Of a DNA stretch of 62,394 bases, positions 8,883 through 21,749 are shown piece after piece. Source of the stretch: Octopus bimaculoides (lineage: Eukaryota). Where the stretch lies: positions 18,170,817 through 18,233,210 of the forward strand of contig NC_068993.1 in NCBI RefSeq assembly GCF_001194135.2. The letters are read 5' to 3'. A program made the translations under genes and the position numbers. Below the pieces are notes generated by a model. That model saw only the letters and a list, made by a program, of their open reading frames with translations, did no database searches and was not told the DNA's origin. Numbering within the stretch: the stretch's first letter is position 1; every line of letters begins with the position of its first letter.

Positions 8883-11287
8883 GAAACCACAATCTTGTGA
8901 TCACAAGTCTAACATTCAAACCCAGAGTTGTCAATTNNNNNNNNNNNNNNNNNNNNNNNNNNNNNNNNNNNNNNNNNNNNNNNNNNNNNNNNNNNNNNNN
9001 NNNNNNNNNNNNNNNNNNNNNNNNNNNNNNNNNNNNNNNNNNNNNNNNNNNNNNNNNNNNNNNNNNNNNNNNNNNNNNNNNNNNNNNNNNNNNNNNNNNN
9101 NNNNNNNNNNNNNNNNNNNNNNNNNNNNNNNNNNNNNNNNNNNNNNNNNNNNNNNNNNNNNNNNNNNNNNNNNNNNNNNNNNNNNNNNNNNNNNNNNNNN
9201 NNNNNNNNNNNNNNNNNNNNNNNNNNNNNNNNNNNNNNNNNNNNNNNNNNAATATCAGGGACGTGCCACCTGGGTAGTCAGTGCCTACCCTGAATAAAAT
9301 AGATTGATAGTAACATTTTCCTTTTATGGCAAAATATGTACCTAATTCAATAAAATTTTGAAGCTTACTCTGATTACTCTGCATAAAATGCAAAATGTTT
9401 TATTTTTTTGTAGATCAGGTAGGCATAATTTTCCCCTACCTTTCGATCTCAGTATTAAAGCTATGCATAATACTGCTTTAGTACACGTGCTGTGTACATT
9501 CCTCTGACAATGTTTTCTTCATGTGCTATAAAGGCAGAAGTAAATCTGTCTCCAAATAAATCTCCCTATGTTTCACTTATTTTTGTGTGTTTTACTACAT
9601 AAATGTCACCAACTGCCCACCCTGAGTAATTACTGATGGTACATGCCTGATATATATACACACATACACATACACACATGATGGGTTTCTTTCAGTTTCT
9701 CCGTAACCAAATCCATTCACAAGGCTTTGGTTGGTGTTAATCCAGAGCTATAGTAGAAGACACTTGCTCAAGGTCCTGCAAACTAGGACTGAACCCAAGG
9801 CCACAAGATTGGAAAGCAATCTCCTCAATCACACAGTCACACTTGTGTTTATAACAAAATACAAAAATTACTATGGATGTTTATCCACTACCATAATACA
9901 TGCAGTAACAGAAATGAATATTGGGAAATAAGAATATACCAAGGTTTAAGAAGCCGAATTTGCGAAGATGGGACTAGACACTGTTAGTTACCCATCTCCA
10001 TGGTCTGAAAATTAGAGAAATGCCCATATCCCTGTGTACTTCCCACTAAATCCCCATTTATAAGGATAAAAATCATTCCAAAGTCATACAGATTTACTGG
10101 GCCAGTTTCCTGGTTCCTCTGATACATATATTACCCTCTGGACAAGATGCTGGTTCAAAAGTGGCAGATAAATGGAAAAATAAAATCAATAGAGATATTT
10201 TTTTGCAAAGAAACTTAAAAGCTTGGCTTGTGGGAACTTGTAAGTCATGTATCATGAACGTATAATTTTTCTCTCTGCTTTTATGAATCTCAATGATGGA
10301 AATCGGGGTAATGATGGGGATTGGGGTGGAAGCGTGTAGCTCAGTGGTTAAAGTGTTGGACTCATGGTCGCAAGATTGTGGTTTCAATTCATGGACTGGG
10401 CAACACGTTGTGTCCTTGAGCAAAATGCTTCATTTCACATTATTCTAGTCCACTCAGCTGGTCAAAATGTGACAGACCAGCGTCCTGTCCAGGGGTGATA
10501 TATGCATCATGGAAACCAGGAAACTCACCCTATAAGTCTGTATGACTTAGGAATGATCCTTATCCTTATATTATAAATAGGGGTTTGGTGGGGAGTACAC
10601 AGGGGTTTGGGCATTTCCCTAATTTTCAGCCCATAGAGAGAGAGTGGCTTACAGTGTTTAGTCCCATCTTCCCAAACTCAGCTTAGACCTTAGTATATTC
10701 TTATTTCCAAATACTCATTGTGAATGCATATGGCTTAGTGGTTAGGGTATTCAGTTCACAATTCTCGGGTCATGAGTTCAATTCCCGGTGATGCATTGTT
10801 TCCTTCAGCAAGACACTTTATTTCATGCTGCTCCAGTCCACTCACCTGGCCAAAATGAGAAGTACCTGTATTGCAAAGGGCCAGCCTTGTCACATTCTGA
10901 ATCTCCCTGAGAACTACATTAAGGGTAAACGTGTCTGTGGAGTGCTCAACCACTTTTATGTTAATTTCATGAGCAGGCTGTTACATTGATCAGGTCTACT
11001 GCAACCCTGACGGAGTCCCATTTAATTCACATTTGTTACTGCATGTATTACAGAAGTGGATGAACATTCACAGTAATTTTTTTATTTACAGACACAAGTG
11101 TGGCTGAGTGATTGAAGAGATTGCTTTCCAATCATGTGGCCTTGCATTCAGTCCCAATGTGTAATACCTTGGGCTAGTGTCTTCTACTATAGCTCTGGGC
11201 CAACACCAACCAAAGCCTTGTGAATGGCTTTGGTTGTGGGGAAACTGAGAGAAACCCATTACCGAATAAGTGTCACATATTTTTACA

Positions 11288-12469
11288 GATTGGGAGCTCC
11301 TCTATGCTGATGACCTTGCCCTAATTGCGGAGTCACTATCAGAACTAGAGGAGAAGTTTCAGGTGTGGAAGCAAGGTCTAGAATTGAAGGGCCTTAGAGT
11401 CAACCTAGCTAAAACCAAAATCCTAATAAGTAGGAAGGTAGATAAAACACAAACCCCTTCAGGTAGATGGCCCTGCTCAGTATGTAGAAAAGGAGTAGAT
11501 GTACCCGGTGCAAGCTATGGACACATAAGAGGTGCAGCAACATCAAAGGCAGGTTAACTAGGAAGTTAGTTTTTGTTTGTGGCAGATGTTCAGGTGCAAT
11601 AAAAACTGTAANNNNNNNNNNNNNNNNNNNNNNNNNNNNNNNNNNNNNNNNNNNNNNNNNNNNNNNNNNNNNNNNNNNNNNNNNNNNNNNNNNNNNNNNN
11701 NNNNNNNNNNNNNNNNNNNNNNNNNNNNNNNNNNNNNNNNNNNNNNNNNNNNNNNNNNNNNNNNNNNNNNNNNNNNNNNNNNNNNNNNNNNNNNNNNNNN
11801 NNNNNNNNNNNNNNNNNNNNNNNNNNNNNNNNNNNNNNNNNNNNNNNNNNNNNNNNNNNNNNNNNNNNNNNNNNNNNNNNNNNNNNNNNNNNNNNNNNNN
11901 NNNNNNNNNNNNNNNNNNNNNNNNNNNNNNNNNNNNNNNNNNNNNNNNNNNNNNNNNNNNNNNNNNNNNNNNNNNNNNNNNNNNNNNNNNNNNNNNNNNN
12001 NNNNNNNNNNNNNNNNNNNNNNNNNNNNNNNNNNNNNNNNNNNNNNNNNNNNNNNNNNNNNNNNNNNNNNNNNNNNNNNNNNNNNNNNNNNNNNNNNNNN
12101 NNNNNNNNNNNGATAGCTGCGTGAAAAAGTGCCACACCCTAACAGTTGAGGGAACCCGTGGAAGAGGTAGGCCCAGGAAGACCTGGGCTGAGGTGGTGAG
12201 GCAAGACCTTCGTACATTGGGCCTCACCGAGGCGATGACTACTGACCGAGACCTTTGGAAATGTGCTGTGCGTAAGAAGACCCAGCAAGCCAAGTAAGAT
12301 CGTTGCCAGTGCCCCTGGACTGGCTCCTCTGTGGGTGGCACATAAGATGCACCATTTTGAGCGTGGCCATTGCCAGTACCGCCTGACTGGCTTCCGTAGG
12401 ATTTTCGAGCGAGATCGTTGCCAGTGCCCCTGGACTGGTTTGTGCGGGTGGCACATAAAAGACACCATT
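11288..12469 (+). mobile_element. RTE-clade LINE 3' fragment (RT YADD, PHD-like finger, C-terminus, start of 3' UTR), gapped
   Basis: LLYADDLALIAES...GLRVNLAKTK; CSVC..CTRC..HKRC..CGRC; after the gap EGTRGRGRPRKTW...DRDLWKCAVRKKTQQAK* at about 12295, then UTR. Confidence 0.92.
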
Positions 12470-12877
12470 NNNNNNNNNNNNNNNNNNNNNNNNNNNNNNN
12501 NNNNNNNNNNNNNNNNNNNNNNNNNNNNNNNNNNNNNNNNNNNNNNNNNNNNNNNNNNNNNNNNNNNNNNNNNNNNNNNNNNNNNNNNNNNNNNNNNNNN
12601 NNNNNNNNNNNNNNNNNNNNNNNNNNNNNNNNNNNNNNNNNNNNNNNNNNNNNNNNNNNNNNNNNNNNNNNNNNNNNNNNNNNNNNNNNNNNNNNNNNNN
12701 NNNNNNNNNNNNNNNNNNNNNNNNNNNNNNNNNNNNNNNNNNNNNNNNNNNNNNNNNNNNNNNNNNNNNNNNNNNNNNNNNNNNNNNNNNNNNNNNNNNN
12801 NNNNNNNNNNNNNNNNNNNNNNNNNNNNNNNNNNNNNNNNNNNNNNNNNNNNNNNNNNNNNNNNNNNNNNNNNNNNA

Positions 12878-12933
<56 letters not shown>

Positions 12934-12934
12934 C

Positions 12935-13625
12935 AAATATGAAATAGAAACAGTGCTGGTGTAATAAACATTATCAACCAAATATACTTAATGTACACGC
13001 TTGGTGTATTTGCTGATAGGCTGCAATTCGGCACATTGGAGAATACTCTCTTGAAAGTACCAAGTGTTAAAACACCTGAAAGTCATGGACAGGTTATATA
13101 ACTCTCCTTTGATCCCATCTAGGAGTGATGGATATAGATGTTTCACCATTTTTGTGGTTTATTAACATCACATACCTGAACAGATTTGGAGATAAATCAT
13201 ATTGCTTATCCACAACTTATATGCATATAGCATACACCAAGCACATATGTTAAGTACTGTATATATATATGTTGTTGATAATGTTTATTACAGTAGCACT
13301 GCTTTTATTATATATTTGGATTTATTCTAAGGTATGCATTATCTGGGTATACTTGCACTTAGTTTGCACACTATATGCACATAAATCGTGGACTGGTGAC
13401 ATGATTTATTCCCACTCCTCTTTGGATATGTGATGTTGATAAGCCACAAAAATGGTGAATCAATGTCCATCACTCCTACTTGGGACTAGAGGTGAGTTAT
13501 CTCACCTGTCCATGACTTTCAGGCATTTTAACATCCAACACTTTGAGCGAGTATTCTTTACCATGCTGAATCACAGCCTACTGGTAAATACACTATATAT
13601 ATACACATTAAGTATATGTGGTTGG
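12935..13625. repeat. Inverted pair of the unclassified repeat
   Basis: cctgaaagtcatggacagg...caccatttttgtgg...catcacata is on + at about 13075-13175 and as its reverse complement at about 13425-13525. Confidence 0.75.
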
Positions 13626-13645
13626 TAATATGTATATACATATGT

Positions 13646-13965
13646 GGAGGCGCAATGGCCCAGTGGTTAGGATCGCAGTTTCGATTCCCAGACCAGGCGT
13701 TGTGAGTGTTTATTGAGCGAAAACACCTAAAGCTCCACGAGGCTGCAGCAGGGGATGGTGGCGAACCCTGATGTATTCTTTCACCACAACTTTATCTCAA
13801 TTTTACTTCCTGTTTCTGTTGTGCCTGTATTTCAAAGGGTCAGTCTTGTCACACTGACTATCCCCAAGAACAACGTTAAGAGTACACGTATCTGTGGAGT
13901 GCTCAGCCACTTGCACGTTAATTCATGAGCAGGCTGTGAAATTAAGCAACGGAGTGCCAACACAC
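13646..13965 (+). mobile_element. tRNA-derived SINE (ggaggcgcaatggcccagtgg family), internally deleted
   Basis: A-box tggcccagtgg, B-box gtttcgattcc; same family as 16739-17314 and 53134-53611. Confidence 0.8.
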
Positions 13966-14399
13966 AACACACATATATATATTCACACAATAGTGGGAAA
14001 TATTACTTTGTTAGGAAACAGGAGAGTGTTGGTGACAGGCAGAGCAGGTGGTTGTAGAAAATTTGCATCAACAAATTCCATCTGACCCATGGAAGCATGG
14101 AAAAGTGGATGTTAAATGATCACGATGAGAGGGGTGCACTCATGCTTTTTGCATTCACTTCTTTAAGTCGAGTCGCTGATGCAGTTATGTTCAGCTCAAA
14201 CTTTCGTTCGTTGAAGCTTGCAATTCTGAGGAGTAACTGTTGGGTAGTGGGTAGGTTGGTGGCAGGTGATGGGCAGTGGAGTCCACATGAAGAGAAAAGG
14301 GGAAGAAAATCTTGTGGGTTGGTTACTCATCTTACTAGGTTCTAGGAGCAATAGCAATTGCAGTAGGAAGGGCAAAAAAGAAGCAGCATATTTATTATA

Positions 14400-14565
14400 A
14401 CATCATCATCATCATCATTTAACGTCTGCTTTCCATGCTGGCATGGGTTGGATGATTTGACTGAGGACTGGCGAACCAGATGGCTACACCAGGCTCCAAT
14501 CTGATTTGGCAGAGTTTCTACAGCTGGATGCCCTTCCTAACGCCAACCACTCCGAGAGTGTAGTA
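14400..14565 (-). mobile_element. RTE LINE 3' UTR tail
   Basis: (cat)n-ttaacgtctgctttccatgctggcatgggttgg...; one of more than 15 such tails in the window. Confidence 0.8.
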
Positions 14566-14777
14566 TTAGATTTAATTCTGGATGTTGTTAAGAAAAATTT
14601 GTAGGAGCACTATTGTTCTCCATATGTGCCACAGGCCACATTTGAGTTTTTTCAAAGGACAGTGTGGCAAGTGATCAGAGCTGAAGTACTTTTAATTCTG
14701 ATGAGAAACTCATATCTTTGTTGGAATTTTTAGTTGTCTTAGATCTTATGTAAAGCACATTTGTGGTCAAGATTTGT

Positions 14778-15064
14778 CAGTAGCGCTGGATTAACCATTA
14801 AGCAAAATAATCATGTGNNNNNNNNNNATTACCAGATGTGTTATGTAAGATTAATTTTGAGGATCTGATCAAAGACTTTGCAATTAAGAAAAAAAAAAGG
14901 AGAAAACTTTTCAAATATAAATAAAGTGGAAGTATACATAAATAGACATTATTTTCTATCTTATTGTTAATTTTGTTTCATTTTGAAAAATTAAAATTTA
15001 TGCTATGGTTTATTATTTATATTTTAAATTGCCTTATATGGGGGCACCAGGATCTAAGGGCCTG
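14778..15064 (+). mobile_element. Internally deleted hAT-like element
   Basis: Encodes INFEDLIKDFAIKKKK, typical of a hAT transposase extreme C-terminus; ends resemble cagggccggattaa / ggggcacc...ggcctg termini. Confidence 0.4.
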
Positions 15065-16738
15065 ATTATCAGCATAGAATTCTGACACAGATGATATGCG
15101 ATATTATTATGATGCACAGGTTAAGCATGATTGTCAGTGTGGTAATTAAAATTTGTTAGTATGCTAAAAATTGGGTGAAATGAAGTTTCATTTAGAACTT
15201 ATAGTCATAGATATCAGAGATGGAATATATGCATAAATGCATTAATGGTCAGGTTATAGTAAATTTTATATTTCATTTTTCAGGTGAGGTTTTTTGTATT
15301 GATTTTACATAATATTTACTAGAAGACAGAGGACGCCAAGATAAAGAAAAAATAATGATTGTGGCTGCAACACCGTTGATCGTAGGTTCGCTCAATAAAG
15401 CTGATCTATTACTAAGCAATAACAGTCATATTTTATTCAAAACAAAACATCCATATTAGAAAGTCAATCGAAAACGAAAATAAGAAAATTAACGACCCGA
15501 TCATTTGCGTATCGATTGGCTATGTCTGACATAAATTTTTTTTATTTGAAAAAATTTTTGGAGAGTTTATTTTTCACAACTAAATTTATTTGATACACGT
15601 AAATTATATTACGTTTCGACCGTTTGAGTTATAATAAAGTTCAATGTGCCTTCCATTCGTTGACGATAATGATGATTTAAGGGTATAGCGTACCGAATTA
15701 TTGATGAAAGAAAGCTGTCTTCATTTTTGCATACTTTTAGTTTCAAAAAATATGAATAATAGTAATGGTGCTGGTTCTGGTAGTAGTAATGCTCTGTTAA
15801 TAAAGAATAAATTACACGAACCAATTGTTGTAAGAGTGGCTTTTTACTTTGAAAAAAATTACTTAATGAAATAGACGGCATTGCCAACAATACTTATAAC
15901 TTCGATATGTTTCATTCATTTGCAATTTGTGAACCATAACTCACAAGCCATTTCTAAGAAGTGCGGATCCAGTAGGAATGCATCTACGAACTTCTTTGGA
16001 CTTATAAATGACAATTAGTGACCGGCAGTGTTAGCTGACAACTGTAAAGATTTAAGTGAAAGCTGATAGTTAAGGGGGAAAACCGAGAAAAATTGAAATC
16101 TAACAAAAAATCTGTGGAAAAACAAAAACTGTTTTGTTTAATTATCACGGTACGTTTTTTGTTCAGGATCGCTTCTGCTTAATCGAATAGATATATGATC
16201 AAAAGTGCTCAAGCTATAGCTGTCCGGTTTTTTTTTTGTATATCTAGAATTACTTGTTCAGTGTGTACTTTCTTTTATTTTAAAGGGGTAAGGTGCGATT
16301 TGAGGGACTCTAAGTGCAACCCTCTAACAAACCAAGCATTTCCGCATACAAGCATCTTCGCTGATAATTTCTTTTTTATCTCCTGGTCAGAACGATCGAA
16401 TAAACCAATAATAGAAGATATTTCAAACTCGACCATTCAGTGACTACGTTAATCAATGCATGTGACTTTTTTTTTTGTTTTTTAAGATGACAGGGCAGTA
16501 TATTTGATGGAATCTGGCTGTTATTTCTAGCAGGCAGAGCGACCGCGTTAAGACAGATAGTGTTTACAATGTGATATCTCCTCAGACAGAGCCGAAACAG
16601 TAGTTTCTATTTCCTTTTATAACACAATAACAAGTCAGTTCAGCTTTTGATGTACTATCCCTTTGAGACGAAGAATGATAAATTAAACTTTAATCAAAGG
16701 TGCTTGTATAAGCAGAATAACAGTACGAAACAAGTTGC

Positions 16739-17314
16739 TTGTGTGTTGGCACTCCGTCGCTTACGACGTCGAGGGTTCCAGTTGATCCGATCAACGAAAC
16801 AGCCTGCTCGTGAAATTAGCGTACAAGTGGCTGAGCACTCCACAGACACGGGGATATTCAGCGTGACACAGTGTGACAAGGCTGACCCTTTGAATTACAG
16901 GCACAACAGAAACAGGAAGTAAGAGTGAGAGAAAGTTGTGGTGAAAGAGTACAGCAGGGTTCGCCGCCATCCCCTGCTGGAGCCTCGTGGAGCTTTAGGT
17001 GTTTTCGCTCAANNNNNNNNNNCAGCCTGCTCGTGAAATTAGCGTACAAGTGGCTGAGCACTCCACAGACACGGGGATATTCAGCGTGACACAGTGTGAC
17101 AAGGCTGACCCTTTGAATTACAGGCACAACAGAAACAGGAAGTAAGAGTGAGAGAAAGTTGTGGTGAAAGAGTACAGCAGGGTTCGCCGCCATCCCCTGC
17201 TGGAGCCTCGTGGAGCTTTAGGTGTTTTCGCTCAATAAACATTCACAACGCCCGGTCTGGGAATCGAAACCGCGATCCTATGACCACGAGTACGCTGGGC
17301 CATTGCGCCTCCAC
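16739..17314 (-). mobile_element. Full-length tRNA-derived SINE just upstream of the Elovl4 promoter candidate
   Basis: Head gtggaggcgcaatggccc at 17314; 14-bp TSD acgaaacaagttgc (16725-38) / aggaatcaagttgc (17315-28). About 220 bp are duplicated across a 10-N gap (assembly artefact). Confidence 0.85.
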
Positions 17315-17367
17315 AGGAATCAAGTTGCACATAGCTAAGAAATGTGCTTGTTTTAAAAAACAAAGAG

Positions 17368-17414
17368 GTTACGTGATTGGACAATTGCGATTATGCTACG
17401 CAGTATTTGATTGG
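17368..17414 (+). promoter_or_regulatory. Candidate Elovl4 proximal promoter: two inverted CCAAT (NF-Y) boxes, the first overlapping an E-box/SRE-like GTTACGTGAT
   Basis: ATTGG at 17376-80 and 17410-14, 220-255 bp upstream of ATG 17631. Confidence 0.45.
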
Positions 17415-17630
17415 TTCATTTTAACGTCTATCATTTATTATTACATTATATCTTTTATCGTTAGTGTGTCTAAACTGCTATTAGTTGTGTAGGTGTAGAG
17501 TGTATTTCTATGTATATTTATGTATGTGTAGCTGCTCCCACTGCGTAATCGCTGTTGCCGCACTTGTTTATGTTGCTGCCCTGATATAGTCGGTATTTCA
17601 CTTGATCAGTCTTCTTTTATTTTTCAAACC

Positions 17631-17663
17631 ATGGCTAGCGGCTACTCGTGGGTTTACTTTGAG
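17631..17663 (+). CDS. Elovl4: Putative first coding exon of the Elovl4-like gene (MASGYSWVYFE)
   Basis: Strong start context aaaccATGG, 11 codons, then donor GAG|gtaaag (phase 0). It splices in frame to the acceptor at 44783 (GAT AAA ATG GAA...). It lies just downstream of two inverted CCAAT boxes in CpG-retaining, non-repetitive DNA. No transcript evidence available. Confidence 0.6.
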
Positions 17664-20600
17664 GTAAAGTGCTCTATCGTTATAACTGACTATTAATTTA
17701 GAATTATTATTATTCTTTTCTCTCATATTTTTCTACACGTCTGACACTTTCTCATTCTAGTTGTCAAATGTATAAAAAAAAAAGAAGAAAAAAGAAAAAT
17801 CATAAATGTCAAAGAGAAAAAATATGCACATTCTAACATCCTCTTTCGTTCTTTTTTCAAAAGAAAATCTTATTAAATATTCACACAAAAAGAAAACTGT
17901 TGAAATATACATTTTTAATTGCTTTTAAGAAAATCTCGATTGTTGCAACTGTCTTATTTTCGACCTGCGTACTCATGTCTAGTGAAGTTTGGTTTAGCTA
18001 CTTTACGGTTGGTTGCTCGGTTCAATGAATGGCCCTATTGTTAGTTCAATACTTGTTGGTGCTCGCGTGGTATCATTGTCCATCGACACAAAAAGAAAAA
18101 AATTCAATGTCTAGTGGTAAGAAATCATTATCCTGTGTTAAAGCTTGGTGTGTGTGTCTATGAAGCATCTCAATTCATCTTCTATCTGTCTTAACCCTTC
18201 ATTTACTGCAAAAAACTATTCTTGATAGCAGGTTTTAAGTACCTTGCAAAACCACAAAACCGGTTTTGCTGATACAATTTGAGAAAGCGTGAGTATCACA
18301 TACCCTGTTCTCTTCGTGATTACAGCTGAATATATTCAATATTATAATCTACCTTTAAAATAGCTTTTCATATTTCGAATAGCTGGAGTATGTTGATATA
18401 TATATATGTATCTTAAGGGGTATTTTGCTTAGTATTAAGTTCCGTATATGTTGCTAAGGCGTGAACATCCGAGGCCTTATGCCTTCACGTCTGAGAAACT
18501 ATAGTTTAATTTAAGTTAAGGTTTTAAAAGTGCTTCTGTTATTCAATCTCTACTCCCTGAATCCCTTTTTCTTTTTTTAGTTCGAAACTAGAGACATGAC
18601 TAATTTTTCGGATCCTGGGTTTCAACGTCATTAATTTCTAAGTCAGAAATAAAGTAGACAAAGACATCCTGAGTTATTATTTAAAACTTATTGTATTGTC
18701 CGCTAATATACCTTCTTTGGCATTTGAACAGGATTTAAAGGGAAAGAGCCCTAATTCAGATGTTAGCTATCTACTAAATAACTTCTATTTTTTTATATAA
18801 ACGTTGGGCTTTGCAGGTTTATTTGATGAAAATGAAATCAGAATGTGTAACTTGCATACACTATTGATTTAAACATTTTTTTTCTACTTGGATTCCGAAC
18901 CGGGTCACTAACTCATCATACCGGGAGCTTTATTTTACCTTCAGTATAATAAAAAAGAAAGAAATATTAGATGAGTATATTTCTCTTGATGCTTCAATTG
19001 TTTTACTTTTTATATAAGTTAATTATATCTTAATTTTTGCAAAGCAAAGGCCTGTTTCATTGATTTTATTATTGCAAATACATATACATATTTTGATTTA
19101 AAAATATTATTTTTTTATACGGTGGTCTATTCAACATGTTTATGTTTTAAGTCAGGAATTTCGTAATACTTTTTCTTTCGCACCGATTTTTGCCAGTTTT
19201 TAAAAGAGCTGTAGTGTTTTCTGTATAGAAATTGGAAATCGGAACAGATGAAAATATATGTAAAAATAAACAGTTTTTTTTTTTTATCCCTCTTTGTCAT
19301 TAATGAATCACCCTTCAAGAGGTGTTGTAATTTTTCTTACAACTTCAGATCCTAAAATTGGAAACTGCCAAGTCTAATGTAATACATATTTAAATCAAAT
19401 TGTATATTCTTTTAGGTTTTCCAGTTAAAGCTTTGTATTTTTTGTTTCAAGTTTTTATTTCACTACTCGTCCTCATTCTCTTGTAAATAGAATTATTCTT
19501 GGTATTCTTTCCTTGGGTCCGTCCATACACTTAATTGACTTGGTGAGATGCTTACATCTCCTTTAATTACTATGTCTTTAGGGTGATTTCTAAAGGATTG
19601 CATTAGCTACTCGAATTTTTGTCATCCTTACTGTTATATGACTACTACTATCATTGTTAGATGTTTTCAAACTGATCATTAAAGAGTTGTCTGTTGAACT
19701 GTTTGAGATATTTGAATTAAAAGCAATAAGTGGTTAGTGTATTGGTTCTGTCGTGCGTACATTTACATGAACATCACGAGTTAGGATGAACTGTTAATAT
19801 GTATAAGCAAAAATAAGAAAGGTGTAAATGGCTGATGCCTTGGCAGTACCCACGCACAGCCATCATTATATGTGTGTAATTGATAAAAATTACTGATGTT
19901 GAGAAATTTTATAAGTCGAATGAATAATAATAATAATAATAAGATAATCATTTTGCTGCATGGTTCCCGCTTCTTCGTGCTGGATGGATGAATAACTACA
20001 TATGTATTTTGTTGCATGACTAGAATATTTAAAAAAAAAAAAAAAGTAAAAGAAAAAAAAATGTATTTGAGGCCTGCAGTGTTGTCTGATACAACCAACA
20101 CTCACAATCTCCAAATAACATTTATTAAAAGAAACCAGAAAGGCTATACACATCTATGAAAACAGATGCGTGTAGAAAGGAAGACATTCTATGAATTGTA
20201 AATGCGGAACATGATTTTGCTCGCATTTAAGAAATCATGGTTAAAGGTGGGGAGTTATTAAAACGTTCATTTTGATCTAAAATTGGCAGCAGCCTACATT
20301 TTCATATACATATAGGTCTTGCTGTTTTCCTGGTAAATGTTCCTTGGTGATATCCAATTTCCTTATTCTAATTATATTTCTCAGCAATACCTGCCTTCTC
20401 AATTATCACGAAACTGCTTCTTAATGCCCTTTTCTTTTTTTTTTATTTCATTGACAACTTCAAGAAACACCATCAGGATCTCAGTTCTTTAATCTAAGTA
20501 TTTCTTAGCCTAACTTTCAAACCCGCTACCTACCTTGTAAATACTGTCTCATCAAGGTAGCTTACAAGAAGTCCAAAATTTATGTCTCTTCAGTACAACT

Positions 20601-21604
20601 CAGAAAGCAGATAGTAAAAGTGCTTTAAATTTAGAAAAAGAAAAAAACAACAAAAAACTCATTATAGCTCGTAGCTATCTTGAGATACTTAAGTAGGGTT
20701 GAGGATAGGTGGGCAATATTATATTTTTGTCTCCGTTTCTCTTCAATTCTGATACAACCAGTACTTACAATCTCCAAATCCCAACCACCCAGCAAAGAAG
20801 CCTCTATTTAGTCAGTCATCTTGTTTGAAATAGCTGCCTAGTTTCCTTCAGATATATCCTACTATCCTAAAAAAAAGTTACTTTGAGTAATGTAATCTTA
20901 TATACTTCTGAAAAATAGTATGGTTGCAGCTGGAATGTCTATGATCATAAGCCTCTCCAATCAGGGCTTTAACTATAGTGCTTACCTGGGGTTCATTCAT
21001 AGCTGCTGCAATGCAATTCTACTAAGGAAGAAAGCTGTCTACAACAGGTGGAATTAGTCACTTATGATTTACTAACTCAGAGCTATTTACTTACTATTGC
21101 AAAGCCATCATCCGAAAATCTTTTGAGGACTGCATGGCATGCAACAAAGCTTACATGCCATGCAGTTCATCCAGTCCTTTTCTAGTCTCTTTTTTAAGAT
21201 GGTCCCAACCAATTATGCAGAATTTTTCTATTCATCATTCCTATTCCCAATCAAACTAGCTCAGTACTTGCTCAGTAAAGCATAGGCACACAGTCAGCGC
21301 TTAGAGGCCAAATTCTGATCTATGTATGTTGTGGCTTACTGTCAATAATAAATACATACTATAAGACCCAGTGCATTGATTTACTCAGGTGTCAGACTGC
21401 TATGACAGCCTTGGGAAGCAGTCCTGCAGGTAAAGCAATTTGTTTATTTCTTATTTTGCTCTGGTTCCATACCGTGTTCACACAACAAGATTCCTAAATT
21501 CTTCCTTATGGTTTCATTTAAATAAATTCTAATATACAATTTATTTGGTGCTATTTGAGCTGTGATCTACTACAGTATCCACTCAATGCTGTGAAATGAC
21601 CTAA

Positions 21605-21725
21605 TCTGGGTTAGGGGTTAAACCTTAGGGTTAAGGTTAGACTGCTTGCTAAAGTGTAATTGGCCAGGTAGACTGCACACAAAAGTGTAAATAGTCTGGT
21701 AGACTGCATGCTGTAGTGGCACCCT
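21605..21725 (+). repeat. Degenerate (TTAGGG)n tract followed by three agactgc motifs
   Basis: gggttaggggttaaaccttagggttaaggttagactgc...ggtagactgcac...ggtagactgcat. Confidence 0.5.
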
Positions 21726-21749
21726 TTTTTTGCTATTCATACACTGGTG

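Noticed and set aside
16795-17232. About 220-bp direct duplication inside a SINE
   Set aside because: Identical copies either side of a 10-N gap indicate an unmerged contig overlap, not biology.
21389-21430. Possible 41-nt cassette exon with a CAG|gtaaag donor in intron 1
   Set aside because: Weak acceptor, frameshifting length and no homology; unsupported without transcripts.
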